A DNA stretch of 53,854 nucleotides, counting the filler, from Sphacelaria rigidula (lineage: Eukaryota): assembly GCA_964200075.2 (NCBI GenBank). It is 5 parts of 5 records of this genome, joined end to end, with 100 filler letters (N's around TTAATTAATTAA, not from the genome) between each part and the next. Parts side by side here need not be neighbours in the genome. Positions count along the whole stretch, not along the records: positions 32,377 to 43,065 come from CAXNAA020006073.1; positions 43,166 to 53,854 come from CAXNAA020006074.1; 3 more parts are not named here. One strand, written 5' to 3'. Below the pieces are notes generated by a model. It had not been told where the DNA came from and did not search any database. It saw nothing but the letters and a program-made list of their open reading frames with translations. The position numbers and the translations under genes are program-made. Shown here in pieces: positions 35,707 to 46,800 of the stretch (position 1 is the stretch's first letter; the number at the start of each line of letters is the position of its first letter).

Positions 35707-35882
35707 GGACACTCATCGTTACACGTCACACAATTCGTTACACGTAAAAAGTCAAGCCAGGCTAGTACTACGGTGGGGGACCAAGTGGGGAGCCCTGCTT
35801 CAAAGTCACACTGTCAAATCAGGGTTCCCCACGTGATTTTGTGACGTGTGAAGAATTATGTGAAGTGTAACGATAAGGGTCC
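35707..35882. repeat. Inverted-repeat element containing a 5S rRNA-like 3'-half fragment (about 35751-35797)
   Basis: GCCAGGCTAGTACTACGGTGGGGGACCAAGTGGGGAGCCCTG resembles the 5S internal control region (recalled from memory, not searched). Arms 35707-35797 and 35820-35882 are reverse complements. Confidence 0.55.
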
Positions 35883-36425
35883 TGGGAAATTTTCGCTGAA
35901 ACTGCCTGATGCTGGTCGTTTAGATGGCTCAGTTGGTATCTATATTCAAGAGCTTCTGGCGGATGGGGCGTCGATACGAACCTCGATGAAGTCACACGCC
36001 CCACCTGTTTTTTTTTTGCTTTTTTTCCATCTCAGGTCATGATCGACAACTGTGGGGACCGACTACGTAATGGATACAGAAAGGTTGACTTCAGGGTCGA
36101 CAGGGGGAAGAAAGGAACCGCTGAAACAGAAGTAAGAAATGAAGAACTCCTGTGTGTGTTGACCTTTTCCCTGTGCAACCGCGGCTGATGCGCCCATACA
36201 CATCAAGAGATGTGGAACGGCGTTCAGAAAAGACGGGGTGGCAGGACAGGACAATACAAGAGAAGATATTGCCCGACGAATATTAGGATGCTGTTTCGAC
36301 GGCAACGGACCGCCAGAGGAAAACAACTGACAACAGAAAATCCTCGGATGCATTCAACACAATCTTTACAACGTCAAACCCGACCAGAAAGAAATATCCT
36401 CAAATCTCCCCTTGTGAGAATTTAC

Positions 36426-37142
36426 CTTTTTCGAGCCGTTGTCGTTAGCGCCGAGCATCTGCGCCACGCCACAAAACTGCCCAGACTGGTGCACAGTAAA
36501 AAACAAAAACACGGGTGGCTTCTTGCGACCCTGGTTGCCTCCGTTTCCCCCGCCGGCCGCCCTACTCTTCTCCGCCGCCCCTCTTCCCCTCTCCCCCTTC
36601 TTGTCCTTCCCCGCAGCGCCGGCGCCACCGACCCTCTCTTTCTCCGCGCCCTTCTTCGCATTGCTACCGGCAGGCGCCGAGGATTTTCCTTCCTCGGCGG
36701 CGGCCCCCGCCACCGCTGCCATCGCCGCCGAAGCATCACCCCCTTGCTCAGTAACTTCCACTGCTGCACCCTTTCCATCAGCGCCGGTCGTACCCTCCGC
36801 CGCTGCTGCCGACGACGGCGATCCTTCCGCCACAGGAGAAGGATCACCGCTGCCCCCCGCCGCGGATGTTTTCCCCTCGGATGTTTCGGACGTCGATGCC
36901 CCGTTAGTAGCGGCGGCGGCGGCGGCGGACTTCGTCTCGCTCCCGTCCTCCGCCTTCCCGGCCGCCGCCGGCGCACCGTCTTCCGCGGTGGTGGCCTCGG
37001 CGCCGTCTCCCTCTCCGCCGCCGGCCGAGTCCGCGCATGTCGCGGCGGCGGCGGGTGTGTCTTCTGTGTCGGCGGTTCGTGTTGCTCCCGCTGGTGGCTT
37101 GCCTTCTTCGGTCGTCGGCTTCGATTTGCCGTTCTCGGCCGT
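36426..37142 (-). CDS. YTH-domain protein exon (low-complexity insert, then PPVFLFFTVHQSGQFCGVAQM)
   Basis: 717 nt open, acceptor GTAG|ACG, donor AAG|GTAAAT. Contains the YTH motif PVFLFFSVNxSGxFCGVAxM. Confidence 0.85.
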
Positions 37143-37439
37143 CTACATAATGTTCGTTTGTCCAGCGGAGGAGAGAGTTGAATGTGTCCACGTTTACCCC
37201 GAGGGTGCGTATGGAGGAGGACAGCGGCAGGTGCAGCGGCAGAGGCGTGCGCACACGTTGAGAGATACCAAAATTTACACTTGATGGGACGGACGAATAA
37301 CGATTTCGATTTCACGCGTCGGACGAGCACGAGTGTGACTTGTGGCACACGCACTCGTTGGGCTGCTCGTTCGCCGTGAAAATTATTAGAGCGAGTACTC
37401 GAGCGTGTGGGAGATAAAAAGCATCAAGGTCCAATTGAT

Positions 37440-37593
37440 CAGGGGTCTACACGTCACGCGTCACGCGTCACACGTTCACGTTTAACGTTACGTTCATCAC
37501 GTAAAAAACATTCAACGCTCACGTTAGGTTTTGGCCAAAACGTAACGTGAAAGTAACATGTGACGCTCGCCACGTGTGACGTGTAGACCCCCT
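37440..37593. mobile_element. Minimal internally deleted derivative of the hAT-type element at 2751-5694
   Basis: Same termini (CAGGGGTCTACAC...GTGTAGACCCC) and same ACGTT subterminal motifs. No TSD visible. Confidence 0.75.
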
Positions 37594-37759
37594 CTCGCTT
37601 CCTGGGAAAAGGAGATTCACTGATTGCGTCATCACACGGCGTACATGCGACACGCTCGCTCGTACCTCTGTCGTACTCCGACCGTCCACAAGCAGAGATT
37701 ACCCACCTGCACCCCGAAAATGGATATCCTGTATCCAGTCGGATAGTCAGAGATTAATG

Positions 37760-37760
<1 letters not shown>

Positions 37761-37812
<52 letters not shown>
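37761..37812. repeat. (CA)n microsatellite
   Basis: Direct reading. Confidence 0.97.
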
Positions 37813-37817
<5 letters not shown>

Positions 37818-38178
37818 TGGTTCCCTTGGTAACTTCGAAACCTTGTGACGGTTGGGGCGTGGGTTCAAACCTCGGAGTGACCTAGGATTTTTTTTCCACA
37901 CAATATTCAACCGAGCGACGATATCGTGGATAAACAATTTTCGACTCAATGGGCAACGAGGGAAAGGGACTGCTGAATCCCCCTCGCGATTAAAAATACA
38001 GGCAAGCACCGCACGAGGAAGTTGGTCTACCAACACGAAATATACAACAACATAAAAAAAACTGACGTGTTGTGTTTACTTTCTTCCTGAGTGACCCCGA
38101 CTGCTGCGCCCACATATGCCAAAAGGTGTACAATAGCCCGGCGCCTAGAATATATCTAACGACAACACACACACTCAC

Positions 38179-38698
38179 CTTCTCCGCAATTGGTTCCGAA
38201 GATCCTTCCGGGGCAGCAGAAGCAGTAGCAGCAGGGGCAGCGACGGGACCCTTCTTTTTCCCCTTCTTCCCCTTCTTGGCCGCCGCAGACCACGACGCGG
38301 GCGATGGCGACGTACTACCCACATCCTTCTCTTTCTCTTTCTCCTCCACCTGCCCAGAGGCACCCGCAGCACCGGCCTCAGCCGCTCCATCGTCTTCCCG
38401 CGCCGTATCAGCGCCCTCCGCTCCCTTGTCCGCCGCTGCCGTTGCTGCTGCACCGGTGGCCGATTTGGCGTCGTCGGCTCCCCCGCCGGCGGCGCTCGCC
38501 CCCTTTTTGTCTCCGGAAGAAACGCATGCTGTGGCAGCGGCGGCACCGGCGGAGGTAGCGTTATTGGATCTTCTGCCGCTGCGCAGGTCCCGCCAAACGG
38601 CGTCCAAGCGTCGGTTGGCGTACTCGGCGCCGCACCACACCCCGAGCTTGATCGAGCGGTGTATGTCTTCCTCCCAGAACGTTTTTATGACAAAAAAC
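38179..38698 (-). CDS. YTH-domain protein exon (FFVIKTFWEEDIHRSIKLGVWCGAEYANRRLDAVWR plus low-complexity insert)
   Basis: Matches the YTH N-terminus RxFxIKSxSEDDIHRSIKYxxWCST..GNxxLD. Acceptor CACAG, donor AAG|GTGAGT; phases are consistent with neighbouring exons. Confidence 0.9.
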
Positions 38699-39719
38699 CT
38701 GTGTGGTACGTATGCAAGAGCATGCCATGCCATGTCATGTGCCATATCATGTAATATCGTGTCACGCACTACGAGCTGGGCAAGATGATCGTGTTCATTG
38801 TTGGTAATCGGGTGAGGCGGAACTCAATTGGAGGAGTTAGACCAACTTCTTTTCGAGCATCGGGGGGGAAAAGAAATCGGGGGAGGCATTTTATGGACAC
38901 CGACTTGGACGAAATCGGGGAGTCAAGATCTCGGAACGGTTTCCCCCGATTTCTCGAAAAAAACTCGTGGTACATTGTTCCGAGACCGTGACTCCCCTCA
39001 ATATTTTTGGAGTGACATAAGCGGATTGACGTACAATGGTGGGGCACGAGGGGGCGTTTGATATTTTTACAACGGTAACGGAAGTCCGTCTCGTGACAGC
39101 GCAGGGCGTGCCTACTGTCCGCGCCAGCAGCTGAAGCAACTTAGCACGGGGTTTGGCAAGCGGATAATAAGTACTGACGCCGTACCCTGCGGCGATGGTG
39201 ATACTTCATGCTGCGCTGCGCTGCTGTATGTATCACTGTAACAAACGCTACTGTACTCTACTCGCTGTTGTCGCTGTACTTGAGGGGCGATGGACCGCAT
39301 TGCTGGCGCACTTTGTTCTCTGTTCTCGCACTACCGACTGTGCCATCATGTACCACCACACGGCATCATCATGTGCTGTACTGATGGAGTGTCAGGTATT
39401 ACCCGAGGGTACCAAGGTACGATACTGTACTCCAAGGATTGTGTACCGCCTGCCTGCTCTTCGGTTTCATGCACGAGTACAGAGTACAGTACCACACTCA
39501 TGCAGAAAATGACCGTCCGTGTACAGAACCGTTTCACAGTTCACCAATCTGTGGTACTGTACTGTCTGTACCATAAAACGGTCCCCCCGATTTTGAGTTG
39601 GCGAATTTGAGTTCCTCCGACTTTTCAAAATCGGTGTCTCAAAAATATCGAGATTCCTTGCCATAAAAGTTGGTCGTTAGACCGCTCCTTTGAACAGACA
39701 AGATGAAAAAGTCTGAACA

Positions 39720-40251
39720 AGTGCCTTTTTGGAGCTTCTATATCGTTTCACGCCTCAAAATAGAGCTTGGCGGAGTTTGATACCTCGACACGACCAGCTC
39801 TACTCGTACTAGTTGAGGCGGTACTGGGACATCTTGCCGCTCTCGGGTGGCCACATTTTTTATTTCGGCTTAACAAGAATGTTTGTCCAAGAACGGTCAA
39901 AAACAGTAAAATTTATGAAAAATCGTCACTTTTCTCTGGACTGGCTCGTTCTTGGACAAAAATTCTTAGGTTTAGTCAAAATAAAAACTGCGGCTACCGG
40001 TGTGTTTTTCTGGTGTATGCTAGCCTTCGACCACGGAAGGCGTCCGCATCAGAATATACCCAGTACAAAGGTACCGCGCAGATATCGGAACGGTTTTCAA
40101 TGGGCAACAACAACAAAAACAACCGGAAAACGCCAACATGTCCTAGTACCGTCTCAACTAGTACGAGTCGAGCAAGTCCATCCAAGGTGTCAAACTCCGC
40201 CTAGCTTTCTTTCAGGGCGTAAAACGACGTAGAAGTTCCAAAAAGGCACTC
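39720..40251. mobile_element. MITE with long TIRs, same family as 3340-3775
   Basis: AGTGCCTTTTTGGAGCTTCTA...GGCGGAGTTTGA recurs inverted as TCAAACTCCGCC...TAGAAGTTCCAAAAAGGCACT. Confidence 0.7.
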
Positions 40252-40340
40252 TCCAGATTACTTCTTCATTCTTCTCTGTTATAAGGGGCAGCCACGTGAA
40301 TATTACCCCTCACTCACTGCCGACCCACTACTGCCTTCAC

Positions 40341-40438
40341 CTTGCGCCCTCCACCGCAACCGCCTCCGGATCGAAGTTTTGGTTCAAAGTAGATAGATGG
40401 GCCGGTACCTGCACCGGAGGCATGGGCGGCATAAACGC
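40341..40438 (-). CDS. YTH-domain protein exon (AFMPPMPPVQVPAHLSTLNQNFDPEAVAVEGAR)
   Basis: Acceptor TGCAG; donor AG|GTGAAG in phase 2 completes the Arg that precedes FFVIK. Confidence 0.75.
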
Positions 40439-41094
40439 CTGCATGAAAAAAACGTGACATCGGGGGGCGCGTATCGGAACGTGGACGGGTGAAGTGGTGG
40501 GGGGGGGGGGGGGGCATGGTGAGTTGACATTTGCTGTATCTCCACCACATAACGAATACTGTACAAGAATATAGTTCAAAATTTCAAGGGTATGTTGGGT
40601 AGCGTACTTCTCATACTCGGGTATGTGGAAAATGATCCCAAGTTTGTGTTCTGCGTGGTATAGATCTATATCGGCTGAAATTTGGGTATGTGGAGACGTA
40701 CAAAAAGGGGTACTCTATCGGGGGAAAAAAAAAACTCTTCCGAACCATTCCGAATTGCTCGGAACAGGGCTATAGATACACTGACTGCAATGCCATGCCG
40801 GGGGGGGGTTCGGTGAACATTGCAGGCTGGATTACTGATGATTGATTGTCGTACTTCAAGTGCCCCCCAGGTAGTCATCATCCAGCCGTGGTCACATAAT
40901 AAACGAACCAAAAAAAAAAAAAAAAATGGAACACTCGCTGAAGAAAAAGAAGGAACGGAAAAAGTCGAACAGGACGAGATAGTAAACTAACACGGAAAAA
41001 AATAAAAAAATCAACAAAGAAAAGCACAGAAAGAATAGCCGATTGACAAAAATCTAAAACTATGCCAACCAAAAATTCCCCACTTCCTGGTTTA

Positions 41095-41420
41095 GGCCTT
41101 GGCCGATCAGGCACGCCGAAGGCGTGCCTCGGGCGAATGTGTCAGATCCGCCGCAGGCGAAAATAATATGGGTCAGGCAAAAACTCAGGCATGCCTGACA
41201 AGAACAATTTTCAAGCCCGACAGTTCAAATCCATGCCTGAGATGCCTTAGTTCATGAGGCAAAATGGTACCCCGCATGATTGAAGTATGCGTCGTCATAG
41301 CCGTGCTTCACTTCAATTCATTCCTGCGGTGTTGGCGTTTACCTGGCGCAAACAAGGCGTCTCAGGGATTGAACACCGTCTCAGGCAAAGAGTAAGCCAC
41401 ATGCCTGATGGGCCGAAGCC
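41095..41420. mobile_element. MITE with TA flanks and repeated AGGCA/TGCCT motifs
   Basis: TA|GGCCTTGGCCGATCAGGCA ... TGCCTGATGGGCCGAAGCC|TA. Confidence 0.6.
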
Positions 41421-41501
41421 TATCCTTGTATGTCCTACAGAGCAGAAACCTTGAACAATTGGATGTGGCGCCGCGAATGAAATTATATGCTGGGACTTGA
41501 A

Positions 41502-42042
41502 ATGCTTCCTCTCTCCCATAAGTAAAGGTAAATACACTTGTATGGGCCCTTGTCGACGTCCAATCGTTTTTTTTTGTTAAATGAACTCTACGGTGTTTTT
41601 GGGGTTGAGAAAATGTGTTTGAAATTTGCAGCTCGTGCTTGGACCGTGCCGCCGAACGGCTGCAAAAAAAGCAGTCGGTCCAACAATAGCCGTTTTTTTT
41701 GCCCCTTTCCGAGGGGAAAAATTTATGTTTTTTTTTTTAATATTTTTTTTAATCGCGGCAGCAAAATAGCCAAGGTGGGGGTGATTAAAAAAACGAAAAA
41801 AAATCGAAACAATTTTTTCGACACTATTTTTCCCCTTGGGAAGGGGCAAAAAAACGGCCATTGTTGGGCCGACTATTTTTTTTTGCAGCCGTTCGGCGGC
41901 ATGGTAGAAGCACAAGCTGCAAATTTTAAACACATTTTATCAACCCAAAAAACACCGTAGAGTTCATTAAAAAGAAAACGATCGGACATCGTCAAGGGCC
42001 CGTACAAATTCAGGTACCTTTAACTATGGGACAGAGGAAGCA
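41502..42042. mobile_element. Fold-back element with ~220-bp inverted arms
   Basis: TGCTTCCTCT..CCCATA...GAACTCTACGGTGTTTTT...GCCGCCGAACGGCTGCAAAAAA is mirrored at 41830-42042. No TSD found. Confidence 0.8.
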
Positions 42043-42256
42043 CGACATTATTATCACCATCAGGTTCGTCACATTAGCCCCATCTCTTTAACCCGTGGTC
42101 ACAGAAGGCAAGGAGCATACCACCCATACCCATGAATCAAACAGCCCGTGAAGGAAGGCAAGAAACAAAACATCTTTACGAAAAGGGCACGTACACACGA
42201 CAGATCCGTATCAGACCAAACATTCCGGATTTTTTTCCATGTCAATATTTCCTCAC

Positions 42257-42409
42257 CGGCTGCATCATCGCCTGCTGTGCTGCGGCCGCCGCCGCTGCGT
42301 GAGCCGGATAAAACATTCCGCCGTTGTTGGCGAAGACAGCAGCAGCCGCAGCATCTGCACCCATCATCTGCATCATCCCTTGATCGTACATGCCTGCTCC
42401 GTTCGAGTC
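42257..42409 (-). CDS. YTH-domain protein exon, Met/Ala/Gln-rich (DSNGAGMYDQGMMQMMG...QQAMMQP)
   Basis: Acceptor TTTTCTTGTCTAG, donor CCG|GTGAGG, 153 nt, phase 0/0. Confidence 0.7.
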
Positions 42410-42869
42410 CTAGACAAGAAAATGAGAAACAATATTAGAAAAAAAAAACAGACAGGCAGACAGAGGGGTGTGTTCATCAACAGTGTTGGGGTGAGAAAAA
42501 CATGTCGTAGACAAAGACGACCACGACGACAACAACAACAATAACAACAACAACGACCGAGGCTTTCGCCTTTTATGATTTTTTTCGTTCCTTCAAAAAG
42601 GCAAAGAGGAGTCATTTTGAAGCGGAAATCCCGCCGAGGCGTTAGTTACAATGACTTGATTTTGGTGTGGAACACCGAAAAAAATAAAACCATTATTCAT
42701 GCGAATTCCATGTGCGCTAAGAAAGCAAAACCTACAACGACCTCAAAAACAGCAACAAAAACCATAACAACACCAACGACAACAACCAAGAGCGAACGAC
42801 ACAAGGGAGAGAAGAAATCAGCAACAAAACAGCAAAACGATGGCGGGCAACACAGCAGACAAGACACAC

Positions 42870-43065
42870 CTGCATGCCGCGACGAGCGTCCCCAGCACCA
42901 TTGTTGTTCCCACTGTTGTTGTTACTGTTGCTATTGTTGTTGTAGTACCGTCCATTTCCCCCTCCACGCCCCTTGTAGCCCCCCCCCCTCCCCCCCCGCG
43001 AATTGCTGCCCCCTCGCCCCCTCTTGCCTCCACCGAAGCCCCCCCCCCTTCCAGTCGAATTTGCC
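42870..43065 (-). CDS. YTH-domain protein exon, RGG/Asn-rich, 5'-truncated at the contig end
   Basis: Reads ...GRGGGFGGGKRGRGGSNSRGGRGGGYKGRGGGNGRYYNNNSNSNNNSGNNNGAGDARRGMQ; donor CAG|GTGTGT in phase 0. Confidence 0.65.
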
Positions 43066-43165
43066 NNNNNNNNNNNNNNNNNNNNNNNNNNNNNNNNNNN
43101 NNNNNNNNNTTAATTAATTAANNNNNNNNNNNNNNNNNNNNNNNNNNNNNNNNNNNNNNNNNNNN
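43066..43165. other. Artificial contig linker
   Basis: 44 N + TTAATTAATTAA + 44 N. Confidence 0.97.
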
Positions 43166-43829
43166 GGGAAAGCACTGTTTTAGGCTTGAACCTCATCTCG
43201 AAGTTAAACCTCAATCCGCACAATTTGTTGTTCACTGCGGAAAGCAAGGTCACGTTAGGAGAAATTGCCCCGCCCGAAGGGCGACCCGAGCACTGACAGG
43301 GGGAGACGGTCAGGACGGGGGAAACAGTGGGAATGTAGGCAAGTGGTGCTCTTTCCATAGGTCAACAACCCACAGCGAAGAGGAGTGCCGTTCCTTGCAA
43401 CAGCGCAACCAGCAGACAGCCAATTTAGCACAATGGTCAGAATATCCACCAGCCACCGGTACAAGGGAGCACCCTCCCGCCATCTCCTTTAATGCCCTAC
43501 AAGCACCCAAAGCGAAACATCCCCAAGCGGACAACCTTTGGCCTTTCGCTGACACTTTTTACGATAGCCCCTCCTCACAATCAGCTAAAAGTGTCACGAC
43601 AAAAATGGCCATGCAGCGCCTGATGTTCGGGTTCAGGCTGCATGAAGCGCCTCATATCGGCGACATTGGCTAGAACGATTCCAAGCGTGGGAGTTCCCAG
43701 CTTCTCATTGTGCTCGGCCTTTCCCGTTTCGATTTACGTGAAGATTGTGCCTCCCAAAACCATTCACTGTTTGGGGGGGGCTATCGTAGAAAGTGTCCGC
43801 TCCAAGGAACAAACCCGTTGCTTCTTTTG

Positions 43830-46800
43830 ACAGCAGCGGCCTCTTCGGCGCCTTCGAAGGGGCCGACGGAGAGGAGGCCGGGGGTCCGGGATTCTGGCGC
43901 AGAGCTCGCAACCTACTGCGGGGAATCAGGGAGACACTTTCCCCACTAGTGCGCGCGCTGGCCGTAGTAGCCGTAGTCCACTACGTCTGGTTGATGTTCG
44001 GGGACTCATTATACCCCCGGGCCACGTCGAACCTCGACAATACCGCTGAAACGTTTGGCGGAATCACCGATGCTGATGATGGGACGGCTCTCGCGGCAGG
44101 ACCCGCTCTTGACAAGTGCACTGAGGGTAGCAATAGCCATGTCAGTGTCATGGTAAACAGTGGTGCGTCGGGACATTACTTCGACGATACCCTCATCCCG
44201 GGGCTACGGTATAAACTCCACAACTACCAAGAACTGGCGACCCCGCGTACGATCACCACTGCAGGGGGGCACCAACTGGCAGGGGTTGGTAAAGGACTGC
44301 TCCGCGGACACATCCAAGACGGCGAAGGGGTCAAACGCCTGGTTCAGATTTCGTGTTTGGTCGTGCCTGGCTTGGGGCGGAACTTGTTCTCCGTCAAACA
44401 AGCGACACGGAATGGAGTTGTATTTATTTCGAAATGGACAACTCAAGACTCGAGACAAACCACTTCACCGTTCCGCTCCAGGAACTGGAGAGCGACCTGT
44501 ATTTCTTCTCTCTGGAACTAAGCAGCGGCAACGACGCATCTGGACTAGCTGTGGAAGCTGCAGACGCCGCCACGCTGTGGCATCGGAGGATGGGACACTT
44601 GAACAGCAATAGTTTGAATCTTCTCAAAAACGTCGGAAGTAACGGGGTGGATTTCGGTGGAGCCGTTCCGGACTGTGATATTTGTGCTGATGGGGAAAAT
44701 CATAAAGTGGCCCACCCGAAGACAGCCAACAACAAAGTGCAACGCGCTTTTCAATTAGTCATGACAGATTTGATGGAACCGACCATGCCGGAGGCGCTGG
44801 GAAGCTTCAAGTACGTCTGCAAGATCTCCGATGAGTATACCAGATGGACAGAGATTTACCTAAAAAAAACCAAGGACGGCATCCTTTATGCATTTCAGTC
44901 CTACATATAGCCAATGGTCATTCCTGGCGGTGTTCGGGTCGAACGACTAAGGGCAGACAAAGGCGGTGAGTTCATCGGCAACTAGTTCAAGTCGTACTGC
45001 CGACAGACAGGCATATTGCTAGAGTTTGCAAGCACCAATACACCACAACAAATCGGCCTGTCAGAACGCGTAGGAAGGACGCTTGCAGCCATGGTCCGGT
45101 GCATACTTGCTGACGGTGGTTTGCCGACTTTTCTCTGGGGGGAATTAATGTTCACAGCGGCCTATCTTGCAAACAGATCACCGCATTCGGCGCTTAACAT
45201 GCAGTCGCCTCATAAGATGCTCAAGGGGACAGAACCGGATCTCAAGCACCTTCGAGTCGTCGGAGCCAGGGCTTTCGTACATATCGAGTGTCGTACTTCG
45301 AAACTTGCTCTCAAAGCAGTTGAAGGACGACCAGTTGGGTACAGTAATGATAGTAGGAGCTACCGAGTCTACAACCCGGCCATGCGACGTATCATTTAGA
45401 GCAGGAACATCGTCTTCATCGAGACTTCGACACACCTTACCCCAACGGGAGAGCCACAGCTTCGGATACACCCATTTTCACTTGGTGACCAGGACTCCAG
45501 CAACAGAGAGGACCACAATTACGTCACCGACGACGACTTCTTCCGTGATCTTCGCAATCACACCTTCGTACTAGATCAACCGGCTCACGCCTCCGTTGAT
45601 CATATCACTGCCAGCGGGATCTCTAGCGATCCACAGGTGGCCGAGCTTCTAGAGAAAATCAGCGCCATCACCAAGCGGGACATGCTGCACGACGACGACA
45701 CACCTCGTGAAGAGACGTCGCCGACAGCATCACCGGAGAGCCGTGCGCCGCTGGAACAAACTGCATCCCTTCTCGGGACACAGTCAGCCAATCCACATCA
45801 TCAGCCGAATCACCATTGCTCAACCGCTCTCGACACTCTCGCCATCAAGTAACTCCCGCCGTGACGCGCGCAGGCATTGCAGCGCGGTCCTTCAGGGAAC
45901 GCTACATCAACAACGACGGCGCAGCTTCTGCGCACCTTTCAGCCACTGTGGACGACAAAATGCTCTCCGAGCTACGGCGACTGCAAATACACACCAACGC
46001 GCTCCTACCAGATGTCGCGCACCAGACGTTTGGGGCGGAATCAGTCGTGGAGTATGCCTACTCAACTACCAACCTCTCGAGCTGTCCAGTGGGGGAGAAA
46101 ACTGAAAGAATCCCAAACACGATCAATGAGGCCATGAGTCTTCCCGAAAAGGAACAATGGAAGGCGGCATCAGATAAGGAGATGGATAGCCTAAGAAGGA
46201 ACAACGTGTATACTCTAGTGCCGTCAAGCTCCGTCCCAACCGGACACAGGTTAATTGGGTGTACAAGAAGAAAGCGGATTTCTCTCACAAGGCCCGAGTC
46301 GTCGTGCAGGGTTGAGGACAAATCCCCGGCGTCGACTGTGGCAGCACTTTCGCACCGGTCTGCAGGGTCCAAAGCATCCGCATGGTATTAGCTGTAGCGG
46401 AGGAATATGACTTGGAGTGTTGGCAATTGGACTATAACACCGCCTTTCTGAACGCCGAACTCAAGGAAGAAGCTTACGCCAAATGGCGCCAGGATACGAG
46501 GAGTTTGACGCCAATGGAATTCCGATGGTAATGCGACTCCACAGAAGTCTCTCTGGCCTCCGTCAAAGTCCAAACTGCTGGTGGGGAACGGTCGACACAC
46601 ACCTGGCGGACATTGGATTCAAATACCCTAAGTCTGACCCTTGCGTGTACATATACCAAGAGAGCGGCGACGTCTACATTTTGACTTAATACGTCGATGA
46701 CGTCCTACTGCTTGGGAAAGATGTCAAAGTTCTGGGAAGGATCAAGCATAAACTGATGGGACGTTTCTCAATGACGGATATGGGAGATGTATCATTCGTG

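Noticed and set aside
35751-35797. Functional 5S rRNA gene
   Set aside because: Only about 45 nt of the 3' half is present, and it is embedded in an inverted repeat.
36066-36121. Candidate extra YTH exon (PPVDPEVNLS resembles the PVD loop)
   Set aside because: With the visible CAG acceptor in phase 0 it reads into a stop (RFLSSPCRP*), and the PVD frame supplies no Trp.
37818-37895. tRNA gene (GGGTTCAAACCTC T-loop)
   Set aside because: No complete cloverleaf; at most a degenerate SINE head.
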